Source of the DNA: Desulfobacterales bacterium
GTDB lineage: Bacteria; Desulfobacterota; Desulfobacteria; Desulfobacterales; UBA5852
DNA: 64,000 nt
Assembly (NCBI GenBank): GCA_963674755.2
Contig: CAXXVS010000001.1
Span: 1,056,001-1,120,000, forward strand
Reading direction: 5' to 3'
Made by a program: the position numbers and the translations under genes. The notes beneath the pieces were generated by a model. That model made no database searches, had not been told where the DNA came from, and was given only the letters and a program-made list of their open reading frames with translations. How positions within the stretch are numbered: the stretch's first letter is position 1; each line of letters begins with the position of its first letter. Below are positions 59,898 through 64,000 of this stretch, piece by piece.

Positions 59898-62056
59898 GGG
59901 GTACTCCCGGCCGCTTCGGCATAGCGGCAGATGCGGAAGCCCAGGTCCGGACGGGCTTCGTCCTGGTAATCCCGGTAGGCGGCCCGCAGGGTGCGGATGG
60001 AGGCGTCCTGCCAGCTGCTGCCCCGGATGACGTGGTGCTGGCCCTGGGCCGGGCCGCTGGGATCGGTGGCCACCAGACCGGGCTGGGCCGGATAGATGCT
60101 GTAAAAATCGTGGCACCATTCGGCCACGTTGCCCCCCAGGTCGTACAGGCCGTCGGGGTTGGGGGCAAAGGATCCCACCGGGGATGCGGTGGGAAAGGTA
60201 TCGTCGTATTTTTCCACCACCAGGTTCAACAGACGCGCGGCGCTGGCATCGGCGATATTGACGCTTTGGGCCGGGGGCGGGTAGCCCGTGCCCCAGGGGT
60301 ATTTCCAGCCCCGGGCGGCGGCCCCGTAACGGGCGCAAAATTCCCACTCGGCCTCGGTGGGCAGCCGGTAGCCGTTGCCCATGGGATCCGTTGGCCTGAG
60401 TTTGCCGTCGGTTTCTTTGTACACCGGTTTGAGGCCTTCCTGGCGGCTCAGCCAGTTGCAGAAACGGGCGGCCTGCTCCCAGGTGACCTGCGCCACCGGC
60501 TGGTCATCCAGATTCAGCGGGGCACCCTTGAACGAGCCGGAATCGTGGGCCGGATCAAAGGCCCGGAATTCCCGGTTGCTGACTTCCTTGAGGCCCATGA
60601 AGAACGGCCGTGTCAACAGGATCAGCCGCAGGGTCTCGTTGGCGCGCCGGCCCTGCTCGCGCCGGGAGGCCCCCATTTGAAAGCGGGCCGGGGCGATCAG
60701 TTTCAGGCGGTACCCGTCGGCCGCCCGGATGATCCCCGGGACCTGGGTGGCGTTGGTCCGTTGGAGGCCGGCCTTTAGTTCGAGGGGGAACCCCGGCCGG
60801 GGCGTGACCTGGTGAATGACGGGGGTAAACCCTTCCTTGCGGATCTCGATGCGGTGGGGCACGGCCAGCAGGGTAAGCTGTTCCGGGACCGGGCCCTGGT
60901 CGCGGCCGTCCACCCGGAGAGTGGCCCCCGGCGGTGCGCCGCGCAGATAGAGGATGCCCCGGCGCGGCGCCAGCTCCACCTGGAGGGCGGTTTCCTCGCC
61001 CGACCGCAAGGTGACCTCCCGGGCGGCAGGGGCATAGCCGGCCTTGGAGAGCTGAACCTTGTGGGGTTGGTCCGGCGGCAGATCGATGGTCAGGGGGGTT
61101 TGGCCGTGATACCGGGTGCCCACCATGACGCTGGCGCCCTCCGGCTGTGAATTGACGACCAGACGGCCGTCCAGGGGCGCCAGGACCGCGGTTTCCAGGG
61201 TGAGGGGCGATCCGGCCGTGACCGGCACGGTTCGGGTCCAGGGCTTGTAGCCCGGGTGCTGCAATTCCAGCTGACGCGGGCCGGCCGCCATGGCCAGGGT
61301 GGCCGGGGTGAGGCCCTGGCGGACGCCATCCACCTGGATGACGGCCTCCGGAGGGTCCGAGCTTACGGTAACCCGGGCATAATCGGGCGTCAGCGCATAG
61401 GTCAGGCCCTGCCGGTGTTCCATGCCCTCCACCGTCAGGGGGGTTTCCAGCGGGCGGTAGAGATCGGCTTCGATGCGCAGCTGGTGTTCTCCGGCGGGGA
61501 CCGGCCGATCCTTCAGTGGCGTGACGCCCGCGTCGCTTCCGTCGATGAAAACCCGGGCCCGTTCGATCGCGAGATCGGGCTGGCCCGCCTCGTGGGCGCT
61601 GATGTCCAGGCGGCCCGGCAACTTCTCCAGGGTCAGGGTGAGGGTCTGGCGGTCCTGGTTTGCCACCACCACATCGGTTGCCAGCGGTGTATACCCGGTT
61701 TTGACGGCGCGGATGTGATAGGTACCGGGGCGCAGCAGATAATAGCCGCGCAGCTGCGGGGTCAGCCAGGCGCCCTGGAGATCCACCCGGTCGGGCTCCG
61801 GCTGGATATCGAGCCGCAGCTGGCGGGCCGTGAAGACGAACCATAGACTGTAGAGGAGCACCGCCAGGAGGGCGGCGGCCAGCAGGCTGACAGACAGTCG
61901 GTAGGATGAAGCGCGAACAGGCGGCGCCTGGTGGGCCGGCTCGAAGGGGAAGGGCTCGATCCTCCGGGGCGCGCTTAGGTCCGGCGGCGTGGTGCGGCGG
62001 ACGCTTTTAGCCGCATCCTGTGGAGGTGCGGCAGGATCTATATCTTTTCCGTGCAT
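59894..62056 (-). CDS. membrane-anchored PEGA-repeat protein with a C-terminal FGE-sulfatase (SUMF1-like) domain
   Basis: TM helix; several S.P.GA.V.VDG...G.TP repeats; F.MG, RLPTEAEWE, N..GLYD..GNVAEW, RGSSW and GFR motifs. Confidence 0.9.
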   Translation of the reverse strand: MHGKDIDPAAPPQDAAKSVRRTTPPDLSAPRRIEPFPFEPAHQAPPVRASSYRLSVSLLAAALLAVLLYSLWFVFTARQLRLDIQPEPDRVDLQGAWLTPQLRGYYLLRPGTYHIRAVKTGYTPLATDVVVANQDRQTLTLTLEKLPGRLDISAHEAGQPDLAIERARVFIDGSDAGVTPLKDRPVPAGEHQLRIEADLYRPLETPLTVEGMEHRQGLTYALTPDYARVTVSSDPPEAVIQVDGVRQGLTPATLAMAAGPRQLELQHPGYKPWTRTVPVTAGSPLTLETAVLAPLDGRLVVNSQPEGASVMVGTRYHGQTPLTIDLPPDQPHKVQLSKAGYAPAAREVTLRSGEETALQVELAPRRGILYLRGAPPGATLRVDGRDQGPVPEQLTLLAVPHRIEIRKEGFTPVIHQVTPRPGFPLELKAGLQRTNATQVPGIIRAADGYRLKLIAPARFQMGASRREQGRRANETLRLILLTRPFFMGLKEVSNREFRAFDPAHDSGSFKGAPLNLDDQPVAQVTWEQAARFCNWLSRQEGLKPVYKETDGKLRPTDPMGNGYRLPTEAEWEFCARYGAAARGWKYPWGTGYPPPAQSVNIADASAARLLNLVVEKYDDTFPTASPVGSFAPNPDGLYDLGGNVAEWCHDFYSIYPAQPGLVATDPSGPAQGQHHVIRGSSWQDASIRTLRAAYRDYQDEARPDLGFRICRYAEAAGSTP

Positions 62057-64000
62057 TGAATCACGACCTGGGTTGGCCCCTGACCGGGGCGGATGCGGAG
62101 CGTATGGCGCACGTCCTTGTAGCCGTCCCGGGCTCCAGCAATGGTGTAGGTGCCCGGGCGCAGTTCCAGCTGGCGGGTCGCAAACTGCCCCAACCGGCCG
62201 ATCCGATAGACGGTCACCACGGTCTGTTCATCGGATTTGAGGGTGACCACGACCGGGGTGCGGGCATTCTGCACCATCCGCTCCAGGGATGCAATCTGGG
62301 ATTGCAGGTGCGGCCCCCGGGGATCCAGGCGCTTCAGCTCGGTCAGCAGGTCCTCGGCCTCGGCCAGATAGGCGTCATGTCCCAGGTCGTCCGGATGGTC
62401 CATGTAGTAGGTCACCCGTTTTTCAAGGCGCAGCCGTTCCCCGGTCCGAACCACTCCCTGGGCGGCAAAGCGGACAGCCGGATCGATGCCCTGCACCTGG
62501 CGGTAGTATGCCAGGGCCTGGTCCCAGGCCTCATCGGACTCGGCCTTGCCGGCCAGCGTTCTTAGACGGGCGATGCGGTCCTCGCGGGCGGCGGTCTCGA
62601 TCTGGGTGAGGGCGTCGCGGGCTTCCGGGGCCTGTGGGTTAAAGGTCAGGGCCTTGTCGATTTCCCGCCGGGCCTCGTCATAGGCTTTACGGCCCAGCGC
62701 TGTCAGGCCGGCCGACATGTGGCGCTGGAACTGGTCGGCGGCAATCTGGTCCCGGACGCGGGGCACGGCCGTCCGGGCCGGCTGCCAGTCCGGATCCAGC
62801 GCCAGGGCGGCTTCGTAATCCGTCAGGGCCAGGGCCAGGCGGCCGGCGGTTTCCTGGGCCGCACCGGATGCCATCAGGGCGGTCACTTCCGCCACCTTGG
62901 CGGCCCGTGCGAGTCCCTCGCGGGCCACGCTGTTCTGAGGATCGATTTTAAGGGCCAGTTCGAAACTCCGTTTTGATTCGGCGCCGTCCCCCGCTTCCAG
63001 GGCCGCCCGGCCTTCCGCCAGGAGTCGGACCAGGGCTTCCGGGGCCCGGGCCGCAAGTTGACGCGCATCCCGCGCGGCAGTGGCGTAGTGCTCGGCTGCC
63101 GCGGCGAAGTCGGCCGCCAGGAAGGCTGCATCGCCGGCGTCGGCCTGTGCGCTGAGGGCGGCAAAGGCGTCCGCCCCCCATTGGGGTCCCCCGATGGCTT
63201 CAAGGTCGGTTTGGGCCTGACGCCAGTCGGCCAGCGCCTGTTCCGCTGTGTTCTCATCGACCGCCGACGGGGCGGAGGGGGCTACGGCCGCCGGCCGCGA
63301 TGGGGGCGGGGCGGGTTTTTCAGGGGTCGTGAGGGCGGCGGGTTTGGGCACCCATGGATGGCTTGCCAGATAGTGGAGCAGCCATCCACCCCCGGCCAGG
63401 AGCATGAGCCCCATCAGACCGAGGAAAACAGGGGCGCGCCACCCGGAACGTTTCGTCCCGGCGGGGTGGTCTTCAGGCCCTGTAAACGGCTGGGGGGCGA
63501 TGACGGTGGCCGCGGACCCGGAGGCCACTTCACGCCGTTCCGCTGTTTCGCCAGACGGAGGGATGGTTCGGCGGTCATGACGGGCCAGGAGCTGGTCCAG
63601 GGCGGCGGCCACGGCGGCCATGTCCCCGGGACGGTCTTCCCGCCGTTCGGCCAGGGTGCCGGCCAGCCATTCGATCCACTCGGCCGGTGCGCCGTTCCGG
63701 TCCTGGAGAGACCGCCGCAGGGCCGCGCGGCGCGCCTCGGGTTCAGGGGTGTCGTTCGCTGCGGAAGGCTCCAGGGCTTCCAGGAGGAGGACGCCGAAAC
63801 TATAGATGTCGTCGCCGGGGTGGGGCGGCCGGCCGGCGCGCTGCTGGGGGCTCATGCAGAACCGGGAACCGCCGGAATAGCGGATGGCGGGGTCCGACCC
63901 CATCTGCGCGACCCCGGCAATGCCGAAATCGGTCCAGTACGGGCGGGTCTGCCGGTCCAGCAGCAGGTTGCCGGCCTTGACGTCCCGATGGACCAGCCCC
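62038..64000 (-). CDS. Hanks-type Ser/Thr protein kinase with TM and TPR-like extracytoplasmic region (N-terminus beyond window)
   Basis: The frame stays open beyond the track start at 63903: GLVHRDVKAGNLLL...TDFGIA, then MSPQQ and DIYSFG; TM helix; helical repeats. Confidence 0.9.
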   Translation of the reverse strand, partial: GLVHRDVKAGNLLLDRQTRPYWTDFGIAGVAQMGSDPAIRYSGGSRFCMSPQQRAGRPPHPGDDIYSFGVLLLEALEPSAANDTPEPEARRAALRRSLQDRNGAPAEWIEWLAGTLAERREDRPGDMAAVAAALDQLLARHDRRTIPPSGETAERREVASGSAATVIAPQPFTGPEDHPAGTKRSGWRAPVFLGLMGLMLLAGGGWLLHYLASHPWVPKPAALTTPEKPAPPPSRPAAVAPSAPSAVDENTAEQALADWRQAQTDLEAIGGPQWGADAFAALSAQADAGDAAFLAADFAAAAEHYATAARDARQLAARAPEALVRLLAEGRAALEAGDGAESKRSFELALKIDPQNSVAREGLARAAKVAEVTALMASGAAQETAGRLALALTDYEAALALDPDWQPARTAVPRVRDQIAADQFQRHMSAGLTALGRKAYDEARREIDKALTFNPQAPEARDALTQIETAAREDRIARLRTLAGKAESDEAWDQALAYYRQVQGIDPAVRFAAQGVVRTGERLRLEKRVTYYMDHPDDLGHDAYLAEAEDLLTELKRLDPRGPHLQSQIASLERMVQNARTPVVVTLKSDEQTVVTVYRIGRLGQFATRQLELRPGTYTIAGARDGYKDVRHTLRIRPGQGPTQVVIQCTEKI

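Noticed and set aside
59894..62056. FGE domain as the maturase of the sulfatase
   Set aside because: It lacks the catalytic CxxxxC segment near RGSSW, is fused to PEGA repeats in an unrelated operon, and true FGE needs O2.

Overview
GC-rich bacterial chromosome segment, probably from a sulfate-reducing Desulfobacterales-type organism. This is an inference from the PxxKW protein, a dual-CXXC selenoprotein, a TRAP operon and the style of the intergenic palindromes. No rRNA, tRNA, CRISPR array, transposase or prophage was recognised. Housekeeping and transport genes include an MFS transporter, a diguanylate cyclase, a CNNM protein, MarR-proVWX, groESL, pfkA, a ClC protein, truA, argJ, dctPQM, a nucleotide-sugar dehydrogenase, plsC, yhhN and a hybrid kinase. 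Highlights: (1) a TetR-controlled glycyl-radical-enzyme operon whose GRE (GCVEP/RISGY) has an N-terminal SCP2-like extension and sits with an SDR and an exported sulfatase; (2) a seven-gene cluster of Ser/Thr kinase-TPR, PEGA-FGE, small secreted protein, MotA/ExbB, Hsp70-like/FHA and two membrane-anchored vWA proteins, resembling a phospho-regulated ion-driven motor of unknown function; (3) a 60-aa selenoprotein with an in-frame UGA and an fdhF-like SECIS, missed by the ORF track; (4) a five-gene CP-ATP-grasp/alpha-E/transglutaminase system without Anbu; (5) a family of modular MITE/REP-like intergenic palindromes that often overlap stop codons. All family assignments come from motif recognition by eye; no database searches were run.
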